From positions 1-13,975 of the forward strand of contig JAJRZD010000084.1 in the NCBI GenBank assembly GCA_024275415.1: 13,975 bases of DNA. The letters are read 5' to 3'. The translations under genes were made by a program, and so were the position numbers. The notes beneath the pieces are model-generated. The model saw only the letters and a program-made list of their open reading frames with translations, was not told where the DNA came from and searched no databases. This document shows positions 6,719 to 13,975 of the stretch, piece after piece. The stretch comes from an archaeon. GTDB lineage: Archaea; Asgardarchaeota; Thorarchaeia; Thorarchaeales; Thorarchaeaceae. Each line of letters starts with the position of its first letter. Position 1 is the stretch's first letter.

Positions 6719-7576
6719 ATGATGAACGACACTCTTGACTCAGTCATGGCCGAGTTGAAATCGCGGATAAACACCGCTGACACCAAAACGACAGTCACAA
6801 AGTCGGAAATTGATGAACTCAAACGAAACACTGTTGTGGTTCTTCCAGCAGGGGGAAAGGGAACCCGAATACGAGCAGAAACCCATAGTGAAGAAATCAA
6901 TAAAGTGATGATACCGGTCGATGGAGTTCGAAGCATGATTGAAAAGACCATTCTCGATTATTCTTCGATTGGCATCAAGGAGTTTGTAGTCCTCACAGGA
7001 TTCTTGGCTGAGAAGGTCGAGGATCATTTGGGTGATGGTTCTAGGTGGGGTGTGAGCATCAAGTATTCAAGGGATCCTGATGGACGCAAAGTCGGCAATG
7101 CAGGGGCTATTCTGCATGCGCTGAATTCTGGGATTTTGGATGAGAATCGAACATCAATCATCCACAATCCCGATGACATGATTATTGGGATGAGCCGCCC
7201 GTATGGTGATGTGTTCCTAGAAGGACATCTAAAAGGTCTGAAAAATGGATGTATTGCAACTTTCGTTGTTGTGCCCGAAACACCCTATCAGTATTCCGGG
7301 TTGATTATCAAGAGCGGCTTTGTTCGAGATATCACCAAATACCCTCTGATCAGCATTCCTGCTCACACGGGGATTACCGTCTTCGATCCCGAAGTGTACG
7401 ACTATTTCCGAAGGCTTGTTTCGTTGGATGTGGAATCCTCCTTTGAGTCTGTGGTGTGTCCGACAATTGCAAATGAGAGCCGTCTTTTCGCAATCAATAT
7501 CCCCTCAAAACACTGGGTTCCAGTGAATGATCTGAAAGGACTTGAGCAGGCGAGAGGTGCCCTATCATCGATGTAG
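6719..7576 (+). CDS. Sugar-phosphate nucleotidyltransferase (NTP_transferase family)
   Basis: VVLPAGGKGTRIR, NKVMIPV, KEFVVLTG, FLAEKVEDHLGDGSRWGVSIKYS, GNAGAI, HTGITVF. No hexapeptide-repeat tail. Confidence 0.88.
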   Translation: MMNDTLDSVMAELKSRINTADTKTTVTKSEIDELKRNTVVVLPAGGKGTRIRAETHSEEINKVMIPVDGVRSMIEKTILDYSSIGIKEFVVLTGFLAEKVEDHLGDGSRWGVSIKYSRDPDGRKVGNAGAILHALNSGILDENRTSIIHNPDDMIIGMSRPYGDVFLEGHLKGLKNGCIATFVVVPETPYQYSGLIIKSGFVRDITKYPLISIPAHTGITVFDPEVYDYFRRLVSLDVESSFESVVCPTIANESRLFAINIPSKHWVPVNDLKGLEQARGALSSM

Positions 7577-7600
7577 CATCTGATGTCACATAAAGTCCGG

Positions 7601-7612
7601 CAAAATATAATT
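7601..7612 (+). promoter_or_regulatory. Putative TATA element upstream of the GT87-like gene
   Basis: CAAAATATAATT in the 7577-7669 intergenic region. Confidence 0.4.
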
Positions 7613-7669
7613 GAAACCGCCATTAGTATTGATACCCGATAATGAGAAAATCGAACTCTGGTGAAATCT

Positions 7670-9805
7670 TTGACAGCATTCCTCAATGAATCCCTCACAA
7701 GCTCCTTGTCCCTTTCTGATGTCCTCGAGTCTAAAGGAGTCTTGAAGATTGCAATTGCTGTCCTCGGTATCGGTAATCTCGCCCCAATCATCTTTCTAAG
7801 ATTCTTCAGTGACCAAATGTATCCTTTCTTTTTCCTGTATTATCTCTGGGTTCCTATCTATGTCCTAACAATTGCCTTGCTAATCTTCTATAACAAAGAA
7901 GGTCAGATCAAACCTGTTCTAACCTCCAGTGTGGGTATCATATGTGTGGTTGGTCTTTCACTGATAACACGGCTAATGTTTCTTGGGTCTGCGAATCACA
8001 TCTCATTGGATACGCTTTGGTATCTTGATTATGGTAAAATGATGCTTCAAGGCAAGATGCCGTATGCAGATTTCTACTTTCTCTACCCCCCTGTTTTTGG
8101 ATATTTCATATACGTCATCTCTTCTATCAATCCGTTTATCGATAGCTTCAGACTTCTGTCCTCGCTCTTTGATGCAGCGATTGTACTTGCCCTTTGGCGG
8201 ATTATGAAACAGAGAGAATTTCATTCTCACCAAGAGTTAATTCCATTGGCATACGCGCTCTTACCTATCTCAATCATAGAATCTGGATTGAATGGACACT
8301 TTGAGCCTATCGCAAACTTGACACTTCTGATTGGGTTGTGGTGGATGCTCAATCGGAAATATTCTGCCGGCTCCATTATGATCGGGCTGAGTGGCGCAAC
8401 CAAGGTCTACGCCCTTTTCCTAATGCCTATCCTTTTCTTGATAATTCCAAACAACCAACAGCGAATCAAGTCCTTGCTCCTCGCGGGTTTTACTTTTTTC
8501 CTCACATTCATCCCTTTCTCAATTCCCGTGTGGGTTCGTGGTGACATGGTTTTCCCAGGAATGCCGATGCCCGGAAACAATACGGGGTTCCTTGATAGCA
8601 CTCTTGGTTTCTTGAGCCGCATCAATTCGCTCCAGTTCTCAACATTCTCAATTCTTGTCATTTCTGCAATAGCGATTCTATGTTACAGCCTCTTCAAGTT
8701 GATACAGAGAAAGAAACACGGGGATGTTCTTTCATATCACCTGCTGTCATTTGGATTAGGTCTTATTCTGTTCACAATGGCAATGCTAGCCCTGCTATAC
8801 CCTTTCTTGGCTATTGCTTCCACAGTTCCTTGGCGATTCCCTGGTGATGTTGCATTGCTAAAAGGATCAATCGCGATTGTTGTGAGTTTGTTGATAATCT
8901 ATTCGTCTATCCTGCAATTCAAGGACAAGACAATCGTAAAGGTCGACTCCAAACAGATTGTCCTTGTTGGATCCACTCTTATGCTGCTGATACTATCTCT
9001 TGTGCGTCAGGCCTTTTTTGGATGGTACTTCTTGTGGAGTATTCCGCCACTTATTTTGATACGTGATAAGAGGATGCTACTATCCGTATTCGTATGTATC
9101 CTAATTATATATCCCACATATACTCATGATAATTTCCATGCCATTGGATATGACGAGTCAGTACTCTGGCAAGATCCGATGGAGGATGTAGGAGGATGGG
9201 ACTATACAATCAAGAACGCCCACCTTTTCGGTTCGCCTGTTAATGTAAGCGTGTCTTCGAACGAGGGTATCGGAACTTTCAGTGCTACAATCCCCTCGCC
9301 GCAAAACAGATCGTTATCAGTACGACCTTCTATTGTCTGGCACAAGAATGTAAGTATCAATCTTGAAGGAAGAACTACGCTTGTGACTGACATGTCGATT
9401 AGCTGGAATCCGTCGTTCGGGAAATGGGCTGATGTCTTCGTCAACTACAGAGGAGTCACTCCAAGTGGCTCTGAGATGAATGGGACAATACTCTCAAATT
9501 CCACGATTTACACAAACCATTCATTCTTCTTGTGGCGACACTCATTCCCAGAACTTGTTAACCGAACACCCATCACCATTACTAGCATATCCATCGAACT
9601 CTGGCCTCTCCGATCAGGCAATATGTCAATACTTGTCCGAAACATATACACAGTAAGAGGGGACATCCTCTTTTACTATCCCCTAGAAATGTTTGCTATT
9701 GCGATTCCCTTACTCATCTCCGTCTATACGCTATGGAGAGCACTGCCTGACACATTGTTCCCGCGAAGAGTCAGAGAATCTCAAATACGAGATGATGAGT
9801 CGTAA
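7670..9805 (+). CDS. GT-C fold glycosyltransferase, GT87 (PimE/AftC; DUF2029)-like, with C-terminal extracytoplasmic beta domain
   Basis: Polytopic membrane protein with SLDTLWY (loop Asp at 8009), FLYPP, GHFEP and GATKVYALFLMP. Soluble domain at ~9130-9670 followed by a last TM. GGTGA at 7660-7664 precedes TTG 7670. Confidence 0.75.
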   Translation: MTAFLNESLTSSLSLSDVLESKGVLKIAIAVLGIGNLAPIIFLRFFSDQMYPFFFLYYLWVPIYVLTIALLIFYNKEGQIKPVLTSSVGIICVVGLSLITRLMFLGSANHISLDTLWYLDYGKMMLQGKMPYADFYFLYPPVFGYFIYVISSINPFIDSFRLLSSLFDAAIVLALWRIMKQREFHSHQELIPLAYALLPISIIESGLNGHFEPIANLTLLIGLWWMLNRKYSAGSIMIGLSGATKVYALFLMPILFLIIPNNQQRIKSLLLAGFTFFLTFIPFSIPVWVRGDMVFPGMPMPGNNTGFLDSTLGFLSRINSLQFSTFSILVISAIAILCYSLFKLIQRKKHGDVLSYHLLSFGLGLILFTMAMLALLYPFLAIASTVPWRFPGDVALLKGSIAIVVSLLIIYSSILQFKDKTIVKVDSKQIVLVGSTLMLLILSLVRQAFFGWYFLWSIPPLILIRDKRMLLSVFVCILIIYPTYTHDNFHAIGYDESVLWQDPMEDVGGWDYTIKNAHLFGSPVNVSVSSNEGIGTFSATIPSPQNRSLSVRPSIVWHKNVSINLEGRTTLVTDMSISWNPSFGKWADVFVNYRGVTPSGSEMNGTILSNSTIYTNHSFFLWRHSFPELVNRTPITITSISIELWPLRSGNMSILVRNIYTVRGDILFYYPLEMFAIAIPLLISVYTLWRALPDTLFPRRVRESQIRDDES

Positions 9806-10836
9806 GTCGATAGGATCTCATAGGCCTTCCTAAGATTGGGGATGTTTTCCTCCCATGTATGGGGCGTCGGAACTGGAGCATGACCATCAATACAATCAAG
9901 AATCCCGCGAGTGTAGGATTCAATATCCGTGTCCACCGATATGTAGTCCTTGCCATCCGAATACCCTGCTGCGACTATTGGTTTCTTGAAGAGAGCATAT
10001 TCGGATAGCTTCAAGCTATCATGGATGTTGTAGAAATGCTTTGGAAAACCCGGTGTCCTCTGAGAAAGGCACAGGTCAGCTGCTGATATCCAAGTCGGGA
10101 TTTCAGTATGCATGACCCGTCCCACAAAAACAATCCCCTTCTCTCTGAATTTCTCAAGTGTTATTGGATCATATCCCAGCTTATCATAAGGTCCGAGAAT
10201 GTACAGGAATGCATCCGGTCTTCGCTTACGAACCTCAAACCACGTCTTGAGTAACAAATCGATTCCATATACCTCTCTCAGCCTTGTACCGCCGATGAAA
10301 AGCGCACTTGTCTGGTTCTCGGGAATTCCAAGCTTGTATTTTGCCTGTTGCGCCGAGATTCTCTTATAGAACCTTTTGGGAGGGTAGTTTGGAACAATGA
10401 AACACTCCGGAATATTCGCGTATTCCATTGCATGATCCAGCATCCTTGAATTTGGGGCTATGACCACCTTGGCATTAGATAGGCTCTCTGGGAGCAGGAA
10501 ATGTGCGACTTTTGCCAATGGGAGCAGTCGATTCCAAATCAGTTCTGGAACCAAGGGGACATGATAGTCATGCAAATAGGCTCGGTTCCTGATGAATGAG
10601 TGGATGAACACATCTATTCCATCAAGATGAAGGGTGTGCTCCCACCCAAAGCCCGCGAGTCCTAGGTTCAACATGTTAGTGCCCGAGCTAAGACTTACTG
10701 ACAGTGTGCTACTAGCAGTAAATGAGAACTCGGGCACACACACACTATGATGCTTCCGGAGAAATTCCATGAGATACTTGTTCCTAGGGTGTTTGATATG
10801 ATGCGACAAAAAAAGAATGGAATTCCTAAAGTTCAT
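9781..10836 (-). CDS. GT-B glycosyltransferase, family 4-like
   Basis: FIVPNYP, LFIGG, YGIDLLLK, FVGRVMHTEIPTWISAADLCL, LKLSEYALFKKPIVA. AGGAG lies 8 nt before ATG 10836. Confidence 0.82.
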   Translation of the reverse strand: MNFRNSILFLSHHIKHPRNKYLMEFLRKHHSVCVPEFSFTASSTLSVSLSSGTNMLNLGLAGFGWEHTLHLDGIDVFIHSFIRNRAYLHDYHVPLVPELIWNRLLPLAKVAHFLLPESLSNAKVVIAPNSRMLDHAMEYANIPECFIVPNYPPKRFYKRISAQQAKYKLGIPENQTSALFIGGTRLREVYGIDLLLKTWFEVRKRRPDAFLYILGPYDKLGYDPITLEKFREKGIVFVGRVMHTEIPTWISAADLCLSQRTPGFPKHFYNIHDSLKLSEYALFKKPIVAAGYSDGKDYISVDTDIESYTRGILDCIDGHAPVPTPHTWEENIPNLRKAYEILSTYDSSSRI

Positions 10837-10842
10837 TGCCAA

Positions 10843-11022
10843 CTCTCCTGACCCCTGACGATTATCTCTTCAAATATGTTCCTGCTGTGTGCAACCTGAT
10901 TCTCCTATGACCAAAGTCCCTGATTTCTGAAATGCCAAATTATATGTGTTATCATTAATCATTTTTAACACAGCAAAGGTGCTATAAAGCGATTGAATGT
11001 GAGTCCGCAGTGAGGTTAACAT
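10843..11022. promoter_or_regulatory. AT-rich divergent promoter region (GT4/GT2)
   Basis: TATAAA at 10983-10988 and GAGGT RBS at 11012-11016 for GT2; TGTGTTA-N14-TAACACA inverted repeat at 10945-10972; minus-strand ATATAATTT near 10937-10945. Confidence 0.5.
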
Positions 11023-11751
11023 ATGACAGATAGAGTCACCAGATCCCTGAGCCTTATCATCCCTGTGTATGCGGAGGGGTCTGATGTCTATCATATCCTT
11101 GAAGAACATCATGGGTACCTTCTAAGCAATTTTGATGAATTTGAGATTATCATTGCACTTGATGGCGATGATCAAGAAACTCGGGATACTATAAGCGAAT
11201 TCGAGGCGAATCATGAGAATGTGTTGGTACACCACAGCCCCCACAGGCGAGGGAAGGGAGGTGCAATTCTTGATGCTTTTCCACTTGCAAGATACCCTCT
11301 CATTGCTATTTCGGACGCGGATACATCAATCACACCTGCCGAGATAGGGAAATTAGTGGAACATCTTCTTCGTGAGCACGCTGATGTTGCTATCGGTTCT
11401 CGATACATCAAAGGTTCACGACGAGCTATCCCTTTCAAAAGATTGATTCTTAGCAGGTTCTTCAACATCCTTGTTCGGCTTTTTACTGGTCTCAATGTCA
11501 ATGACACTCAATGCGGTACTAAGGTCTTCTCAGCAAGATGTATTCCGAGTATAGTCAGGTATTTGAACGAGCCTGGATGGGCGTACGATGTTCAAATACT
11601 CTATATTCTCAAATCTATCGGAGCCCGGATAATTGAGGTGCCAATTGACTGGGTCTTTGCTGAAGGATCGAGAATGAGATTAGAAAGTGACATTCCTGAA
11701 ATGTTTCTTTCTGTTACACGGGCTCGATATCTAAAAAGATCCGATAACTGA
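11023..11751 (+). CDS. GT2 glycosyltransferase, dolichyl-phosphate sugar synthase-like (DPG synthase/Alg5-type)
   Basis: SLIIPVY, ALDG, RGKGGAI, ISDAD (DxD), AIGSRY, DTQCGTKVF, GWAYDVQIL, EVPIDW. Confidence 0.88.
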   Translation: MTDRVTRSLSLIIPVYAEGSDVYHILEEHHGYLLSNFDEFEIIIALDGDDQETRDTISEFEANHENVLVHHSPHRRGKGGAILDAFPLARYPLIAISDADTSITPAEIGKLVEHLLREHADVAIGSRYIKGSRRAIPFKRLILSRFFNILVRLFTGLNVNDTQCGTKVFSARCIPSIVRYLNEPGWAYDVQILYILKSIGARIIEVPIDWVFAEGSRMRLESDIPEMFLSVTRARYLKRSDN

Positions 11752-11794
11752 TCAGCAACGACAGACAAAGTTAATACCGACTAGCAAACTACCA

Positions 11795-11801
11795 TTTTTT
11801 T
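11795..11801 (+). terminator. Possible oligo-T archaeal terminator downstream of GT2
   Basis: T7 run about 44 nt after the GT2 stop. It overlaps the flippase 5' region, so the role is ambiguous. Confidence 0.25.
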
Positions 11802-11811
11802 GCAAGGGTGG

Positions 11812-13275
11812 ATGCAGAAGCTGACTAAAGTAAAATCCGTGACTTCGAATTTTCTATCAGTCCTGATGGGTGAGGTGCTTGCCACTGGGATTTCATTACT
11901 TACCGCTCTGACCCTAGCAAACGGACTTGGTGCAGCCCTATTCGGACTGGTTTCAATAGCAACCTCTCTTACAGAGGTTTTTTTTTCCGTTTCTGACATG
12001 GGCATGCAATCTTGGTCAATCCGCGAGATTGCGAGGCATCCCGACTCAGTCACAGGTATCGCTCGATCCCTCTCAAAAGCAAAAATCTATGTCGCCCTTG
12101 CCATTTTCTTCTCCTTCACATCCGTTTCATTCTTTGTATATGGCCCGTCTATATTCTTTGAGCTTTTCATCTTCTTTGCTTTTAGTTTGGTTGCCGATAC
12201 GTTTACGCTTGTTTTGTATTCTGTATTTCAAGCCATTGAACGAATGTATTTCTATTCAGCGTCTAGAGTTCTAGCAACCTCAGTATTCTTTATTGGATCA
12301 TTCATAACTGTTCAGGCTGGCTCTGGAATCATCTTTGTTGGCTTTTCATATATGCTTTCGAGATTCTCAGCACTAGGTTTCTCGCTTTTCGTTGCCTTTG
12401 CATTTCATTTATTCCAAGGAAACATCCTAGATGTTCCTGTTTCCAGTGTATTCAAATCCAGTGCTCCTTTTGCTGCCCTGGTCATTCTCTCTTCATTGAT
12501 TCCTCGCTCTGATGTGGTCATGCTTTCCTTTCTCTTTGTAGAACGACCTGAATTGGCTGGTGTCTTTTCCGCGGCTCTAAGAATATTCCTTGTGACAACT
12601 ATGTTAGCATCATCTCTGTTAATCGGTCTCTACCCTCTACTTTCGAGTTCGTTCGTTAGTGATAATAGCATGTTCAAATATGCAGCACAGAAGACTCAGA
12701 AGTACCTCCTGATCGGGGGTGTGCTAATGTCTCTCCTTTTTGTTTTCTCCTCCAATCAAATCATCTCATTCCTTTATAATCCTGAATACACACAAGCAGG
12801 TATCTTGTTGATGATTCTCGGAGGTGCGTCATTTCTCACCTTTCTCCGCATGTCTTTCGAATGGATCTTTAATTCCGCCAATATGCAGAACAAGGTCGTA
12901 CGATGCTCGCTGGTTCGCTTTGTTGCCAATATCATCTTCAATTTTTCAGTGTTCTATATAGGTCTCATTGGAATTGCGTTGGCTTCCGTGGTGGCTGAGG
13001 TTCTTGCAATCTTATGTTCTCTTCACTACACCCACCAAAGTGAACTATACGCCCTTCGTCCCATCGCCACAGACCTTCTGAGAGTTGCTATTGTTGCCTC
13101 TCTGACCTTGTTCATATCAAGTCTGATTATCCCATTCCTCGGCCTGTCTGGAGGGCTGCTTCAGGAAGTTGTCAAGAGCGGCTTACTAGTTATTGTGTTT
13201 GGAGCATTATCACTTATCTTTGTTATTAACAAGGATGATATCCGCCTTCTAAGAGATGCATTGAGTATCTCATGA
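11812..13275 (+). CDS. Wzx/RfbX-type oligosaccharide flippase (MOP superfamily)
   Basis: About 14 hydrophobic segments with LANGLGAALFGLVS, SDMG, RSDVVML, AGVFSAA, LYPLLS and IGLIGIALAS. Start is ATG 11812 (track start TTG 11800). Confidence 0.88.
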   Translation: MQKLTKVKSVTSNFLSVLMGEVLATGISLLTALTLANGLGAALFGLVSIATSLTEVFFSVSDMGMQSWSIREIARHPDSVTGIARSLSKAKIYVALAIFFSFTSVSFFVYGPSIFFELFIFFAFSLVADTFTLVLYSVFQAIERMYFYSASRVLATSVFFIGSFITVQAGSGIIFVGFSYMLSRFSALGFSLFVAFAFHLFQGNILDVPVSSVFKSSAPFAALVILSSLIPRSDVVMLSFLFVERPELAGVFSAALRIFLVTTMLASSLLIGLYPLLSSSFVSDNSMFKYAAQKTQKYLLIGGVLMSLLFVFSSNQIISFLYNPEYTQAGILLMILGGASFLTFLRMSFEWIFNSANMQNKVVRCSLVRFVANIIFNFSVFYIGLIGIALASVVAEVLAILCSLHYTHQSELYALRPIATDLLRVAIVASLTLFISSLIIPFLGLSGGLLQEVVKSGLLVIVFGALSLIFVINKDDIRLLRDALSIS

Positions 13276-13280
13276 CTAAT

Positions 13281-13975
13281 TCAATTGCTAACAATCTCGA
13301 GAATATCTATTGCATTTCGACTGTAGACTACTTCGAACATTTCCGAAGAATAGAACTTCCCAATGCCCGCCCCGAAGTCGGTTCTTTCTAGGTCAGAGAT
13401 GAAGATGTACCTGACTCCGTGTTCGATGAACATATCCCATACAGGTTCAAGGGTCGAGCTATTATACATCTCGATCACATCCTGATAGAAATCATTTGAT
13501 GCATCAATTCGATAGCCTGAGCTTATGATTTGTCGTCCAATCAGCGGACATATCTCCCAATTGAGTGGATGGATAAGAACCACATCGCTAGCATTCGAAT
13601 TATCATATAACCAGCGATAAGCATCAATTTCTTCTGGCGTAGCTTGAGGAACATTACCATATGCTTGCAAATGGAACTCGCCATAGTTTGCAGACCAGAA
13701 AATAGACATTGTTAGCATGGAACCAATTACTATTATGAGTAACACTCCTGCCTTTAGACGCTTCTCGTGAAGAACAATCATGCGACTACGACCATACGGA
13801 ATTTTGAATTTGGGTATCCCCCCCTGTGATACACCAACAATTGATGTAATGATTACGATTGCTTGGAATGCCATTAGAGGGTAGTAGTCTGCTGTAACAT
13901 ATCCTGTGTGAAGCTCTCTGGCTGTATTGAAGAATAGCATCATTACGGCCAACATTTCTGTTCCTACAATAAGAA
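13281..13975 (-). CDS. C-terminal part of a polytopic membrane protein with an STT3/DUF2298-like extracytoplasmic domain (start outside the window)
   Basis: The frame stays open to the window edge (..LIVGTEMLAV..). TM helices are followed by EEIDAYRWLYDNS..DVVL and HGVRYIFISDLER..F..VY, a pattern typical of the C-terminal domains of archaeal GT-C proteins. No WWDYG. Confidence 0.55.
   Translation of the reverse strand, partial: LIVGTEMLAVMMLFFNTARELHTGYVTADYYPLMAFQAIVIITSIVGVSQGGIPKFKIPYGRSRMIVLHEKRLKAGVLLIIVIGSMLTMSIFWSANYGEFHLQAYGNVPQATPEEIDAYRWLYDNSNASDVVLIHPLNWEICPLIGRQIISSGYRIDASNDFYQDVIEMYNSSTLEPVWDMFIEHGVRYIFISDLERTDFGAGIGKFYSSEMFEVVYSRNAIDILEIVSN

Noticed and set aside
10870-11112. 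80-aa minus ORF in the same frame as GT4, separated by a single UGA (possible selenocysteine readthrough)
   Set aside because: GT4 has a natural N-terminus (MNFRNSILFLSH) with its own AGGAG. The upstream ORF overlaps GT2 and the promoter, the UGA context (EHI-UGA-RDN) has no redox motif, and no SECIS is evident.
728-12274. Remaining short overlapping ORFs in the track (e.g. 728-1018, 1141-1524, 2644-3018, 4557-4814, 5769-6038, 6667-6951, 7402-7791, 8407-8661, 11211-11507, 11781-12053)
   Set aside because: All overlap better-supported genes, show antisense-type Ser/Ile/Arg-rich composition, and have no recognisable motifs.
13281-13975. Calling the last gene aglB/STT3
   Set aside because: WWDYG and the DK/MI motifs were not found, and the N-terminal part is outside the window.
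1-13975. tRNA, rRNA, CRISPR array, IS/transposase or integrase
   Set aside because: No cloverleaf, regularly spaced repeats, terminal inverted repeats or recombinase motifs were seen, and intergenic gaps are all under 200 nt.

Overview
Archaeal-looking window, judged from GGTGA/AGGAG ribosome-binding sites, TATA-like promoters and archaeal-type gene families. An Asgard/Thorarchaeia-like origin is plausible but is inference only. The left end holds the 5' half of adenylosuccinate lyase (purB, minus strand, missing from the ORF track because it runs off the window). Divergent from it is a knotted-type transcarbamylase homologue that has lost nearly all carbamoyl-phosphate-binding residues (candidate pseudoenzyme), followed by a PflX-like radical SAM gene. 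The rest is a surface-glycosylation locus: SDR epimerase, WecC-type UDP-sugar dehydrogenase, sugar-phosphate nucleotidyltransferase, a large GT87-like GT-C enzyme with a sequon-rich C-terminal beta domain, GT4, Dol-P-sugar synthase-like GT2, a Wzx-type flippase, and the C-terminus of an STT3/DUF2298-like membrane protein lacking WWDYG. Embedded in it is a same-frame trio of hypC, an OB-fold-like membrane protein and a YdjM-like metal hydrolase. No RNA genes, CRISPR arrays or mobile elements were recognised. All family calls come from motif recognition by eye; no searches were run.
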